A stretch of DNA of 64,000 nt from Spirochaetota bacterium (GCA_963664815.2 CAXXHB010000003.1:4032001-4096000); one strand, 5' to 3'; numbered from the stretch's first letter, positions 10,866 through 19,678 are shown. Made by a program: numbers and translations. Notes: a model not told the origin generated them from the letters alone.

Positions 10866-11864
10866 GTGAACATCATAAACCTGATAACAACAAAAAATTC
10901 TCTCCTGAAAGTTCCTCTTCAAAATGAAGGTTTCATTATTAATGAATTTTCTCCTGCTGATGATGTTAAAGAAATTGAGGAAAAGATAGTCAAAGGGAAA
11001 AATAATTACACACTCTTTGAAATCATAGATTTTAAAAATTCCACACCTGATCTCTTTTTAAAAAGAATCCGGTTTCTCTATGATAAATCAAAACTAATCT
11101 GTTTATCCGAAACAATCTCCCCTGATTTAAGAAACTTTTTTATTAAATCAGGGATATCAGACTGTATTACAACATTCTCACCAGATCGTATAGCACTATA
11201 TATAAAAAGCCTCAATACAAAAATTGAGGTCAAACCCGGCTTATTCATTATTCTTGATGATAATGAATTTCATAAAAATATGTTTAATTCAATTATTAAA
11301 AGATTCGGATATATAATTCGTTTTGTATCAACAATCGATGAACTTTTTCAAACAGTAAAAGAACCTGATAATGTAATGACATTAATAAATATTGGGGCTA
11401 AAAACCTTGATCTCAATGGACTTGTTAGACAATCATACATCAATCCAGATATTAAAAAAAATCCAGTCATAACATACAAGTGCATGGAGCAGGGTCTTTT
11501 TGTCCATGAAATTGTAAATGGCCTCAACAGGCTGACAAAAGTGATACTTTCCCCTGAAGAACTTTTCTGTATGCTTTTAGATATTCTTTTCAAAAAAGAG
11601 ATAATATCATACACCAGTACCTATATCAACACATTGAAATATGAAAAAATTTTCTCTTTTGCCGAAAAACCTCTTCAGCAGATATATTATGAAAACCATG
11701 GAAAAATTATCGGACAGGACTCAATTTTTGAAAAAGATAGAATAGATTCGATGATATATACATCCGAAATGATAAAACGTACCCTTATCAGAGCTGAAGG
11801 GATCTTATGGCTTAAACAAAGTGAGTCTTCAAGGAACAGAATTACCTGCGGAGTGGGTGCCTGA
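10866..11864 (+). CDS. Protein with degenerate receiver-like domains
   Basis: REC-like 'IILDDNEFHKNMFNSIIKRFGY...LINIG...IKKNPVI', with Asn where the phospho-acceptor Asp is expected. Confidence 0.55.
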   Translation: MNIINLITTKNSLLKVPLQNEGFIINEFSPADDVKEIEEKIVKGKNNYTLFEIIDFKNSTPDLFLKRIRFLYDKSKLICLSETISPDLRNFFIKSGISDCITTFSPDRIALYIKSLNTKIEVKPGLFIILDDNEFHKNMFNSIIKRFGYIIRFVSTIDELFQTVKEPDNVMTLINIGAKNLDLNGLVRQSYINPDIKKNPVITYKCMEQGLFVHEIVNGLNRLTKVILSPEELFCMLLDILFKKEIISYTSTYINTLKYEKIFSFAEKPLQQIYYENHGKIIGQDSIFEKDRIDSMIYTSEMIKRTLIRAEGILWLKQSESSRNRITCGVGA

Positions 11865-12468
11865 AATTAATTTCTCCTTTTCTTAGTGAATCAATAGTTT
11901 GAATAGGAATCCTGAATTCATAATCATTTGGCTTGCCTTCCGGAAAACATGGTCTTTCTTTTCTATGGCACGAAAGGCATAGCCGCTCCCTGGTCTTCAG
12001 ACTTGCTATTCCAAGAATAGGATACATTCCGTATTTTATTCCTCTTCTGTAACCATTTTCTCTGCTGCTGTAATCAACGTGATTGCTTGCTTTATAATAT
12101 TCACTTCCAGGGCCATGACAGGCTTCACATCCTACCCCCTCTTTAACTACAGTATTAACCTTACCTTTTCCTGTAGCATGGCATTTCAGGCAAGCATAAT
12201 CCTTTTCGGGTGATGTTACCTCTACTTTCTTTGCTATTTCAGCAGCTTTTTCACTTATCAGTATATTATATGCTTTTGCATGAGGAGATAATAACCAGAT
12301 TTTATACTGATTACCAATTACATCATCTCCATGACACTCTTTACATCCTTTTGAACCGATAAATGTAAAAAATCCAATATCATTTTCACTTCCCAAAAGA
12401 GAAAACTGATTAAATGATTGTATAAGCAGTAAAAAAGTAAAAATCAAAACAACTTGCAAACGTAGCAA
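11842..12468 (-). CDS. Tetraheme c-type cytochrome (c554-like)
   Basis: Four CxxCH motifs (CKECH, CLKCH, CEACH, CLSCH), 'W..SPHAKAY', 'GVGCEACHGPGS'; signal peptide. Confidence 0.85.
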   Translation of the reverse strand: MLRLQVVLIFTFLLLIQSFNQFSLLGSENDIGFFTFIGSKGCKECHGDDVIGNQYKIWLLSPHAKAYNILISEKAAEIAKKVEVTSPEKDYACLKCHATGKGKVNTVVKEGVGCEACHGPGSEYYKASNHVDYSSRENGYRRGIKYGMYPILGIASLKTRERLCLSCHRKERPCFPEGKPNDYEFRIPIQTIDSLRKGEINFRHPLRR

Positions 12469-12767
12469 TATATTACTCCCTTCATTCTTTTATAAATAAG
12501 AATTAAGAAATACAGTTATTCACATTAACTTTACTCTGCAAACATAGATAGATTTTTAAAACAAACACAGCTTCTTACCTCTTTACCTGCTAGGTTCTAT
12601 CCATATATAATTTTGAATAAATTTTATGACTGTAAATCGATATAACATTTACAATATTTTGAAAACCTGTATATTTATACTCAAACAAATAATAAAAACG
12701 TCAAGAAAATTTGCTCTTGACATTGATTACAATTAGATTATTATAAATTTATTATGGAGAATTAACC

Positions 12768-13064
12768 ATGGGAAAAATTGACAATGATGAATATCGAATA
12801 GGAATGTTTTTCGTTGAAAACGGCATTATTAATGATTCCCAGCTTAATGAAGCTCTTGAACTACAGAAAGATAACAAGGACAGGCTTCTTGGTGAGATCT
12901 TCGTAACACTCGGTTTTCTCTCTAAAGAAGACCTTATTATGGCTCTAGAAATGTACATGATGATGACCGATTCTGACGGCCCGGGAATAGATGAATGGCT
13001 CGATCAGGAGGAAATTGACATGATGTTGAAAAAGCTTGATAACTCAAAATCAAAAAGTTCTTGA
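12768..13064 (+). CDS. Stand-alone MshEN (putative c-di-GMP-binding) protein
   Basis: Tandem RxGxxxxxxGxxxxxxLxxALxxQ-like motifs: [24 protein letters not shown] and [25 protein letters not shown]; RBS GGAG. Confidence 0.75.
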   Translation: MGKIDNDEYRIGMFFVENGIINDSQLNEALELQKDNKDRLLGEIFVTLGFLSKEDLIMALEMYMMMTDSDGPGIDEWLDQEEIDMMLKKLDNSKSKSS

Positions 13065-13513
13065 CAAATGGCCGCATATACAAAACAAATGTACCCATGC
13101 TAGAGTATGAAGATAACATATGTTTTGCCTGTGGTCAGGAAAATGAAGTCGGGCTTAAATTAAAGCTCAGATTCGATGATGACACAAAAACGGCCTATGG
13201 TGAGTTTACAGCTCATGAACTGCTAGAAGGAATCCCCAACATAATACATTCGGGAGTTATTGCGACAATTCTTGATGAAACTATGGTAACAGTTAATAAA
13301 TACCTCGAAGTAATGGCTATAACAAGTGAGCTTACAATCAGGTATCTGCAACCGGCATTTGTCGGCGAAAATCTCCATATCAGAGGGTGGTTTGTAAAAA
13401 AAAGCAAAAGGGTCATTGAGAACAGAGCGGAAATTGAAAATGAAATGGGGAAAATTGTCGCCAGAGCAAAAGGAAAATATATAGAAGTTGACGAGATCCC
13501 TCAACCTGAGTAA
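13061..13513 (+). CDS. PaaI/hotdog-fold thioesterase
   Basis: '[14 protein letters not shown]', '[13 protein letters not shown]', '[11 protein letters not shown]'. Confidence 0.88.
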   Translation: MTNGRIYKTNVPMLEYEDNICFACGQENEVGLKLKLRFDDDTKTAYGEFTAHELLEGIPNIIHSGVIATILDETMVTVNKYLEVMAITSELTIRYLQPAFVGENLHIRGWFVKKSKRVIENRAEIENEMGKIVARAKGKYIEVDEIPQPE

Positions 13514-13568
13514 ATTCAGCTACTCATTGTTTCAACTTTTTTATAATAAATATTTTTGGTGTTTGCAA

Positions 13569-13652
13569 GCCGAAGTGGTGAAACTGGTAGACGCACCGGA
13601 CTCAAAATCCGGCGGGGGTAACTCCATAAGGGTTCGATTCCCTTCTTCGGCA
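13569..13652 (+). tRNA. tRNA-Leu(CAA)
   Basis: GCCGAAG/CTTCGGC acceptor stem, D loop TGGTAGA, anticodon arm CCGGA-CT-CAA-AA-TCCGG, long variable arm, GGTTCGATTCC; CCA not encoded. Confidence 0.96.
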
Positions 13653-13653
13653 A

Positions 13654-13688
13654 TTACCAAAGGCCTGATTTATTCAGGCCTTTGGTAA
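13654..13688 (+). terminator. Hairpin downstream of tRNA-Leu
   Basis: 15-bp perfect inverted repeat TTACCAAAGGCCTGA-TTTAT-TCAGGCCTTTGGTAA. Confidence 0.75.
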
Positions 13689-13866
13689 AATAACAACAAC
13701 ATCCCTGCAAAATGTGTTTTTTTATATCCTATTTATTTTTTTGTCCTGATAAAACACTATCAAAAAAACTTCACAGCATCAGAAGGATTAACGACATAAA
13801 TACCTTGATTTTCTGAACCAACTTGTACTATTGCATAGTTCTCTGAATTAAACAAAATAAAAATTT

Positions 13867-14982
13867 TTATATGGCGAAAGCATAACCTATCGTGAGTATT
13901 ATTCCCCCCGGAGCAATTATATCCTCAGTATTTTTTGAATCGGTTGTTAAGCTATTTCCGCTTGCAGTTGTGTATGTATATTTTGTCTTCTGCATAGCAT
14001 AGGCGTAGCCCGCTTCTATGTACAGCCTGTTATTTCCATTAACCCTCCAGAAGTATAATAACGTTGCATTGATTGTGGTTACAGGTTTACAGGTAAAATT
14101 AACATCTTCTTTGATTTTATTGCCTGATTTATTTTCTGTTTCATAGCTGTATGTATATGATTTCAATCCAGTATTATATGCTGCACCAATGCTGAAGGCC
14201 AGTCCAAATGGATATTCCAGATAGTAACGTAGAGCACCGGAAAATCTGTACCCCCAAAGCCCGACACCTGCTCCAGCATTAATACCGAAATTGTCTATTA
14301 ACCTGTAATCTACCCTTGCTCCTAAACCTGTATAACCGTTCCATCCCAGTTCAAATTCCCAGAACATATTACCGGTATATAGAGAGACCCCTGCAGCAGT
14401 CTGTCCTGCACTGTTTTTAAATTTCTCCGGTGTCTCGACAGTGCCGTTTTTATACACTATCTTCAGCACCATATCTCTGCCGTAAAACAACCGATTGCTC
14501 TTTTCATCAGTAAATTCAATGTACTTTTCTCTGATTATTATATTCCCCGCTTTGAATGTACTTCCATCTTTTAAGAAGATCATGTCTGTTTCAGCTTGAT
14601 TTGCAAAGTTTTCAACAATTCCATTGTCATAGACTATTTTCGTTACATTTTCCGTTTCAACACGGTCGTAAGGAATTTCACCTAAAGGTTTATATTCAAT
14701 ATATAATTTACCGCTTTTAATTACTTTCGCAGGTATGCTTGATCCGTCTTTGAGAAAGATCCTGTCAAAGAAATCAATTTCCTTTCCATTTTTATATGTA
14801 ATTTTCACCACAGAGCTCCGGTTAAGCTTTTGTGTGGAGTCATCCTCCCTCTTATATTCAATACTATCTGTGGTTACATTAATAATATTCCCGTTTATAA
14901 TTTTACCATCAATCAGATGTATTTCATCAGCCCAAAGTGAGGTAGAATATACCAGCAGGAATAACAGAAAAAATTTTTTCAT
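13867..14982 (-). CDS. Putative outer-membrane protein: three repeated small beta domains plus C-terminal beta-barrel
   Basis: Signal peptide; repeats starting DEIHLIDG / DRIFLKDG / DMIFLKDG, each ending V.KI.Y.NG; amphipathic Gly/aromatic strands ending 'TIGYAFAI'. Confidence 0.7.
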   Translation of the reverse strand: MKKFFLLFLLVYSTSLWADEIHLIDGKIINGNIINVTTDSIEYKREDDSTQKLNRSSVVKITYKNGKEIDFFDRIFLKDGSSIPAKVIKSGKLYIEYKPLGEIPYDRVETENVTKIVYDNGIVENFANQAETDMIFLKDGSTFKAGNIIIREKYIEFTDEKSNRLFYGRDMVLKIVYKNGTVETPEKFKNSAGQTAAGVSLYTGNMFWEFELGWNGYTGLGARVDYRLIDNFGINAGAGVGLWGYRFSGALRYYLEYPFGLAFSIGAAYNTGLKSYTYSYETENKSGNKIKEDVNFTCKPVTTINATLLYFWRVNGNNRLYIEAGYAYAMQKTKYTYTTASGNSLTTDSKNTEDIIAPGGIILTIGYAFAI

Positions 14983-15316
14983 AAATTTTATATATCTCCA
15001 TCAACACTTTTAATGTATATATTATGCAATAAGTTATACCAGTTTGTAAATAAAATTTTTATAAATGTAAATATGATATTTCTCCGAGAGTATATACTCT
15101 GTTTTTGGGAGTTTACAGATAATAATGAACATCTTAATAAATACTGCAATTGACTTAAACTATAGTTCACCACATTCTCATTGAATAAACTCAATAATAA
15201 CTATTTGCTATAAAATTATCTACTGATAAATAAATATAATAAACGATTAACATACCACGTTACTCAAAATCCAGTAAAAATTATATGTTATTTACACTCC
15301 CTTATTCATTAATATA

Positions 15317-15357
15317 AAAAAGAGAGGCCCTCATTGTCCAGATGTGCCTCTCTTTTT
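15317..15357. terminator. Intrinsic terminator-like hairpin
   Basis: AAAAAGAGAGGC...GCCTCTCTTTTT with T tracts on both strands. Confidence 0.7.
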
Positions 15358-15360
15358 ATT

Positions 15361-15440
15361 CACTCAAAGCTGCAGTGCCGATATATGGCAGGATTTTTTT
15401 ACTTAGGGTTTTAGGTGTGATTGAGCGGGAGCCCCACAGC
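15361..15440 (-). ncRNA. Candidate structured (pseudoknot-like) RNA element
   Basis: Minus-strand pairings GCUGUGG/CUGCAGC and CGCUCAA/UUGAGUG (crossing), plus hairpin UGCC/GGCA. The G-U wobbles work only on the minus strand. No known family recognised. Confidence 0.35.
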
Positions 15441-15451
15441 TATAGTTTTTA

Positions 15452-15655
15452 TTATTTTACCAGCGAATACAGAATCATTTTATCACTACTGACAATTTCG
15501 CCTCTGAATTCTTTAATAATTGTGGATAATATATCACTAGAGGTTTTTCCACTTTCCGTACTCTTTCTCCCTCTAACGAAGCCTTTACTTCTCTGTTCCT
15601 CTCTGTCAGTCTTAAATAAACATATACTTTCTTTTTTTGTAACATAACCATTCAT
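15452..15655 (-). CDS. Small hypothetical protein (67 aa)
   Basis: ATG with weak RBS (GAGAG), promoter-like sequence upstream and terminator downstream; no motif. Confidence 0.45.
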   Translation of the reverse strand: MNGYVTKKESICLFKTDREEQRSKGFVRGRKSTESGKTSSDILSTIIKEFRGEIVSSDKMILYSLVK

Positions 15656-15907
15656 TGTACTCTCACTATAATCTAAATTATATACGCCATTAATATAGCA
15701 TATAAGATTGAAAATTGTGTATTAAGGACATCTGTTAGTTAAGGCTTATCATCCACAACTGCTACATTAACTATCAAACAAATGTATAGTATATATATGT
15801 ATAGTAATTTCAAGCACTTTTTTTATTTTTTATAAAAAAAAATAAAATATTTGCTCTGGGCAGCAGCTCTTATAATTTTATCTATAAAACAAGCAAAGGA
15901 TTATATT

Positions 15908-17392
15908 ATGACAAACTCTTCACCGGATCATGAAAAAATTTTCGATGAGATCCTGAAAATGAATCCCGATGAAGCACAGGTTAAACCTGATGCAATAGGC
16001 GAACATCCAGGAACAAAAGTTCATGAATCTGAGGTAAATTTTAATTTACTACCTGAAGAGCTTGAGGAGTATCTTAACAGGTATGTAATTAGTCAGGAAT
16101 CTTCAGTTGAAGTGATAGCTACAAAAGTTTGCACACATTTTAACAGAATGAAAGTTGAAATGACTATTCCTGAAGATCAGCGTATTGTTGGAAACATTAA
16201 AAGCAATATGCTTCTTATCGGTCCCACGGGTGTTGGTAAAACATATATTATCAAGCTCATCGCAAAAAGAATTGGCGTCCCGTTTGTTAAAGCTGATGCA
16301 ACAAAATTCAGTGAAACAGGATATGTCGGAGGGGATGTTGAAGACCTTGTACGAGAACTGGTTTATGAGGCTGATGGTGATATTTCTAAGGCTGAATATG
16401 GTATTATTTATATTGATGAAATAGATAAAATCGCATCATCGGGTAATACAATTGGTCCGGATGTTTCACGAACAGGCGTCCAGAGAAACCTTCTTAAACT
16501 TATGGAGGAATCTGAGGTTGATCTTAAAACTCCACACGATCTTGCTTCACAGGTTGAAGCTGCCATGGAAGCTCAGAGAACAGGTAAAGTAACTCGGAAA
16601 AAAATCAGTACTAAAAATATTCTGTTCATAGTATCCGGAGCATTTTCCACACTGCCTGATATAATAAACAAAAGATTAAACAGGCAAAGCATAGGTTTTG
16701 ATAAAATCAGAACTTCAACATCGGAAAAAAATGAAGTCTTTAAACAGCTCAAAACTGAGGATCTCATTGAATTCGGTTTTGAATCGGAATTTATAGGCCG
16801 CCTCCCTGTATCGGTTGTACTGAATGAACTTGATATTAACGGTCTTTACAAAATATTGAAAAACAGTCATAGTACGGTTGTATTCGGTAAAAAGATGGAT
16901 TTTAAAGCATACGGTATTGATCTTGATTTCAGCGATGATGCCCTTATGGAACTTGCCACCAGGGCTTATATGGAGAAAACCGGAGCCAGAGGACTTCTTA
17001 GTGTTTTTGAAAAGCTTCTTATAAAATTCGAGAAAAAACTACCATCAACAGGTATAAAAAAACTGCATGTGGATCTCGATCTCGTTAATAATCCCAATAA
17101 AGCTTTGTCAGCACTGCTTCTTGAAGATGGAATAAATAAATTCCAGAAAGAATTTTTAATTGACCATGGAATTTATCTCTCTTTTGATGAAGAAGCTAAG
17201 ATAAATATAGAAAATAAATCTGATAAATTAAATATGAAAGTAAGAGATCTTTGTAATGACCTTTTTAAAGATTTTTTCCATGGTATAAGGCTAATGAATC
17301 TTGAAAACTTTACCATTCCGGGAGAAGCTGTTGATAATCCAAAGGAATATCTCGATTTATACATTAAAAAAAATTATAAAAAGCCTGTCTGA
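15908..17392 (+). CDS. ClpX-like AAA+ unfoldase lacking the N-terminal Zn finger, with C-terminal extension
   Basis: GPTGVGKT, ADATKFSETGYVG, IYIDEIDKI, IGF loop, EFIGRLP, TGARGL; ATG at 15908 with AAGGA RBS. Confidence 0.88.
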   Translation: MTNSSPDHEKIFDEILKMNPDEAQVKPDAIGEHPGTKVHESEVNFNLLPEELEEYLNRYVISQESSVEVIATKVCTHFNRMKVEMTIPEDQRIVGNIKSNMLLIGPTGVGKTYIIKLIAKRIGVPFVKADATKFSETGYVGGDVEDLVRELVYEADGDISKAEYGIIYIDEIDKIASSGNTIGPDVSRTGVQRNLLKLMEESEVDLKTPHDLASQVEAAMEAQRTGKVTRKKISTKNILFIVSGAFSTLPDIINKRLNRQSIGFDKIRTSTSEKNEVFKQLKTEDLIEFGFESEFIGRLPVSVVLNELDINGLYKILKNSHSTVVFGKKMDFKAYGIDLDFSDDALMELATRAYMEKTGARGLLSVFEKLLIKFEKKLPSTGIKKLHVDLDLVNNPNKALSALLLEDGINKFQKEFLIDHGIYLSFDEEAKINIENKSDKLNMKVRDLCNDLFKDFFHGIRLMNLENFTIPGEAVDNPKEYLDLYIKKNYKKPV

Positions 17393-17403
17393 AACAAGAT
17401 CCA

Positions 17404-17445
17404 CCTGATTAAATGAGATAAGGTCATATCATCTCTTTAATCAGG
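17404..17445. terminator. Hairpin between convergent genes
   Basis: CCTGATTAAA...TTTAATCAGG inverted repeat. Confidence 0.5.
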
Positions 17446-17453
17446 ATAAAACT

Positions 17454-19265
17454 CTACTGAATATATGTGCTGTCTTTATAATTCTTCAGTTCATTTAAAA
17501 GAAAATCTCTTCGCTCTATCAGTTGTTTGCCAACGTATGTATCTTTGACTTTTTTTGGTTCTTCAAATGTATCAATCATCTCAAATGTAAGCCTTGTAGG
17601 TTCTTTCTTTTTCCGTAAATCTATTATTTCATCGGGAGCTGGAAGAATAATAGCATATAAAGAATATGGAGTTTGAATCAGAGCATGCCCGCGATTGAGA
17701 TATGCTTCAGAAAAACCTCCATCAATATTTATAGCCCTGCCATTTGCACTTGCAATTTTCTGTCCCTTTGAAACATCAACAGGCGTATGTCCAAATACAA
17801 TCCTTTCAACATTGAACTCATAAGTCAGTTTATTGATAAAATCAGGATTATTTATATTTTTCCCCCAGTAAAGAGTTTTCTCTTTATGTGTAGCTTTATC
17901 TTTATAAAAATAACGTTCAAAAGTTTTCATTGCATCCTTGCCAAACAAAGGAGATTTTGAACCACACCAGAGATAAAACATCATCGCAAGCTGGAAAGGT
18001 TCCTGATCTCTTCCTGCCAGATAATTCTCTCCTATATCTTTTATGACTATCTCTATATGATCAAGAAGCTCTCTCCCTTTTTTACCGTAAAGTTCCTCAA
18101 ACTGTCCATTCTCGGTACTTGGAACAAGTGCATGTATATTCATTATATAATTATTAATGTGATAGAGTTTCCCTTCTTTGAAAAGGTATTCCATGAGTCT
18201 CTTTATCTGCCTGCTTTTAGTAAATTGGCTCACAAGATCATCTATTATCTCTTTCTCTTCATCCGTAAGCTTCAAAGGATCATCAAGTATCAGCGTGGGG
18301 AAATTGTTATCTGTAAGTCCTGAAGTCTGACCGTTTTTTAATAATTCTGCAAGTTTTTCAAGATTAAGCCGATTCTCCATATCAAGCTGCGGATACTTTT
18401 TAATAGTCTCCTCTTCCAGTTTGAACTGAATCATGGCAAGAGTTTTCTCCATCTTTTTTGATATATCAAGTTTAGCCTTAAAATTTCCACTTATCTTGCC
18501 TGGATAAAGTTTTTCAGCAAAAGCTTGCAGTCTAGATATGTCAATTCCAAGACGCTTCAGGAAGTCAAGAGTATCATACCGTACACTTATCCTCAGTGCT
18601 TCAGCTATTAAAGACCTGTTGCCTGCGGCCGCTCCCATCCATAGTATATCATGATTTCCCCATACAAATTTTACAAAAGGCTTCAATTCCTTTCGGGAGA
18701 GAATCCGCAGTATTTTATCAGGCTCATCACCCCTGTCGAAAACATCACCGAGAACTATAAGCTGGCCGAGGATTACCTGTTTAACAATTTTTGCAAGGGC
18801 AGTTATCATTTTATCAGCAACTATATCGTCCTCATAAACAATATTAGGCACAGGAAAATTCAGTATCAGATTTTCAAGAAGAGGTTTGAGATCTTTATTT
18901 ATCCCTCCCCTTATCTGATCAAAATCATGAACGCCCTGCACCTTATACCTTATAATATTAACAAGAGCAGATATTACATCCTGTTTCTCCATTTTAAAAT
19001 CTTCGGCTTCAAGATATTTCTCTTTTTTTATTATTCTGTCTATATGCTCAAGTTTTTCATTCGAAAACGTTTTTGGAAGGGCTTCATAAGCGGAACGCCA
19101 AACAAGACCGAAGCGTCCTTTAAGGATTGAAACAAAGCGTTCCCCTGCTCCGTGAGGATCGCTGATCCAGAGTGTGGTATCAATATTCATTTCCAGTCTG
19201 GATTCTATATCTGCCAGTTCACGTATAATTTCATGAAAAGATGTAATGCTCTGATCTTCTGACAT
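17454..19265 (-). CDS. fbp: Fructose-1,6-bisphosphatase class III
   Basis: Metallophosphoesterase motifs SDPHG, GDVFDRG, WGNHDILWMGAAAG; 'YLWCG.KSPLFGKDAMKTFERYF', GHTPV, IDGGFSEAY. Confidence 0.9.
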   Translation of the reverse strand: MSEDQSITSFHEIIRELADIESRLEMNIDTTLWISDPHGAGERFVSILKGRFGLVWRSAYEALPKTFSNEKLEHIDRIIKKEKYLEAEDFKMEKQDVISALVNIIRYKVQGVHDFDQIRGGINKDLKPLLENLILNFPVPNIVYEDDIVADKMITALAKIVKQVILGQLIVLGDVFDRGDEPDKILRILSRKELKPFVKFVWGNHDILWMGAAAGNRSLIAEALRISVRYDTLDFLKRLGIDISRLQAFAEKLYPGKISGNFKAKLDISKKMEKTLAMIQFKLEEETIKKYPQLDMENRLNLEKLAELLKNGQTSGLTDNNFPTLILDDPLKLTDEEKEIIDDLVSQFTKSRQIKRLMEYLFKEGKLYHINNYIMNIHALVPSTENGQFEELYGKKGRELLDHIEIVIKDIGENYLAGRDQEPFQLAMMFYLWCGSKSPLFGKDAMKTFERYFYKDKATHKEKTLYWGKNINNPDFINKLTYEFNVERIVFGHTPVDVSKGQKIASANGRAINIDGGFSEAYLNRGHALIQTPYSLYAIILPAPDEIIDLRKKKEPTRLTFEMIDTFEEPKKVKDTYVGKQLIERRDFLLNELKNYKDSTYIQ

Positions 19266-19464
19266 AATTCCTCCGGAATTTGAATAAAAAACAAATGACT
19301 AAGCTTATTGTCCGATGCATCAGCAATATCAGTAAAAAAATAATTATATATACAGTAAATCTTTTTCAAATCACCTCTATTGTCAATTTATTTTAGCTTC
19401 ATACTCTATATCTGATCGAAACTTCAATTATGAAGTTAAAATATTCCGATTTTGTTTAAAATTC

Positions 19465-19491
19465 TAACACTTTTATGTAAAATGTCGATAA
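19465..19491 (+). promoter_or_regulatory. Sigma28 (FliA)-like promoter
   Basis: TAAC-N15-GTCGATAA versus consensus TAAA-N15-GCCGATAA, 27 nt before the 42-aa ORF. Confidence 0.5.
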
Positions 19492-19518
19492 TTAAGTAAA
19501 ATAATCCGGAGGTAAAAA

Positions 19519-19647
19519 ATGAGCGTAAAAGAGATTGATAATCTTTTCAACCGAGGGCTTGAGTCGATGAGAAAAGGAAACTTTCAGGAAGCTGAAACTT
19601 TTTTCGTTAAAGCCAAAAACCTGACAATGGAATTGCAGAAAAAATAA
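19519..19647 (+). CDS. 42-aa single-TPR-like microprotein (not in ORF track)
   Basis: GGAGG RBS; MSVKEIDNLFNRGLESMRKGNFQEAETFFVKAKNLTMELQKK; followed directly by a terminator. Confidence 0.75.
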   Translation: MSVKEIDNLFNRGLESMRKGNFQEAETFFVKAKNLTMELQKK

Positions 19648-19649
19648 AA

Positions 19650-19678
19650 AAAAGCCGGCTTCAAATGAGCCGGCTTTT
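19650..19678. terminator. Bidirectional intrinsic terminator
   Basis: AAAAGCCGGCT-TCAAATG-AGCCGGCTTTT between the microprotein gene and leuB. Confidence 0.8.

Noticed and set aside
12615-12645. Sigma28 promoter upstream of the MshEN gene
   Set aside because: Poor match (ATCGATAT, off spacing); a TTGACA sigma70-like element near 12717 fits better.
13488-13688. 66-aa ORF over the tRNA
   Set aside because: Shadow ORF across tRNA-Leu(CAA) and its hairpin.
15521-15529. Perfect DnaA box (TGTGGATAA), plus a second at 45751-45759, as a possible oriC
   Set aside because: Isolated boxes 30 kb apart, with no cluster and no dnaA/dnaN/gidA context; plausible by chance in AT-rich DNA.
13569-15700. Integrative element at tRNA-Leu (also considered for the tRNA at 61224-61307)
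   Set aside because: No integrase, no duplicated tRNA 3' end seen and no mobile genes.
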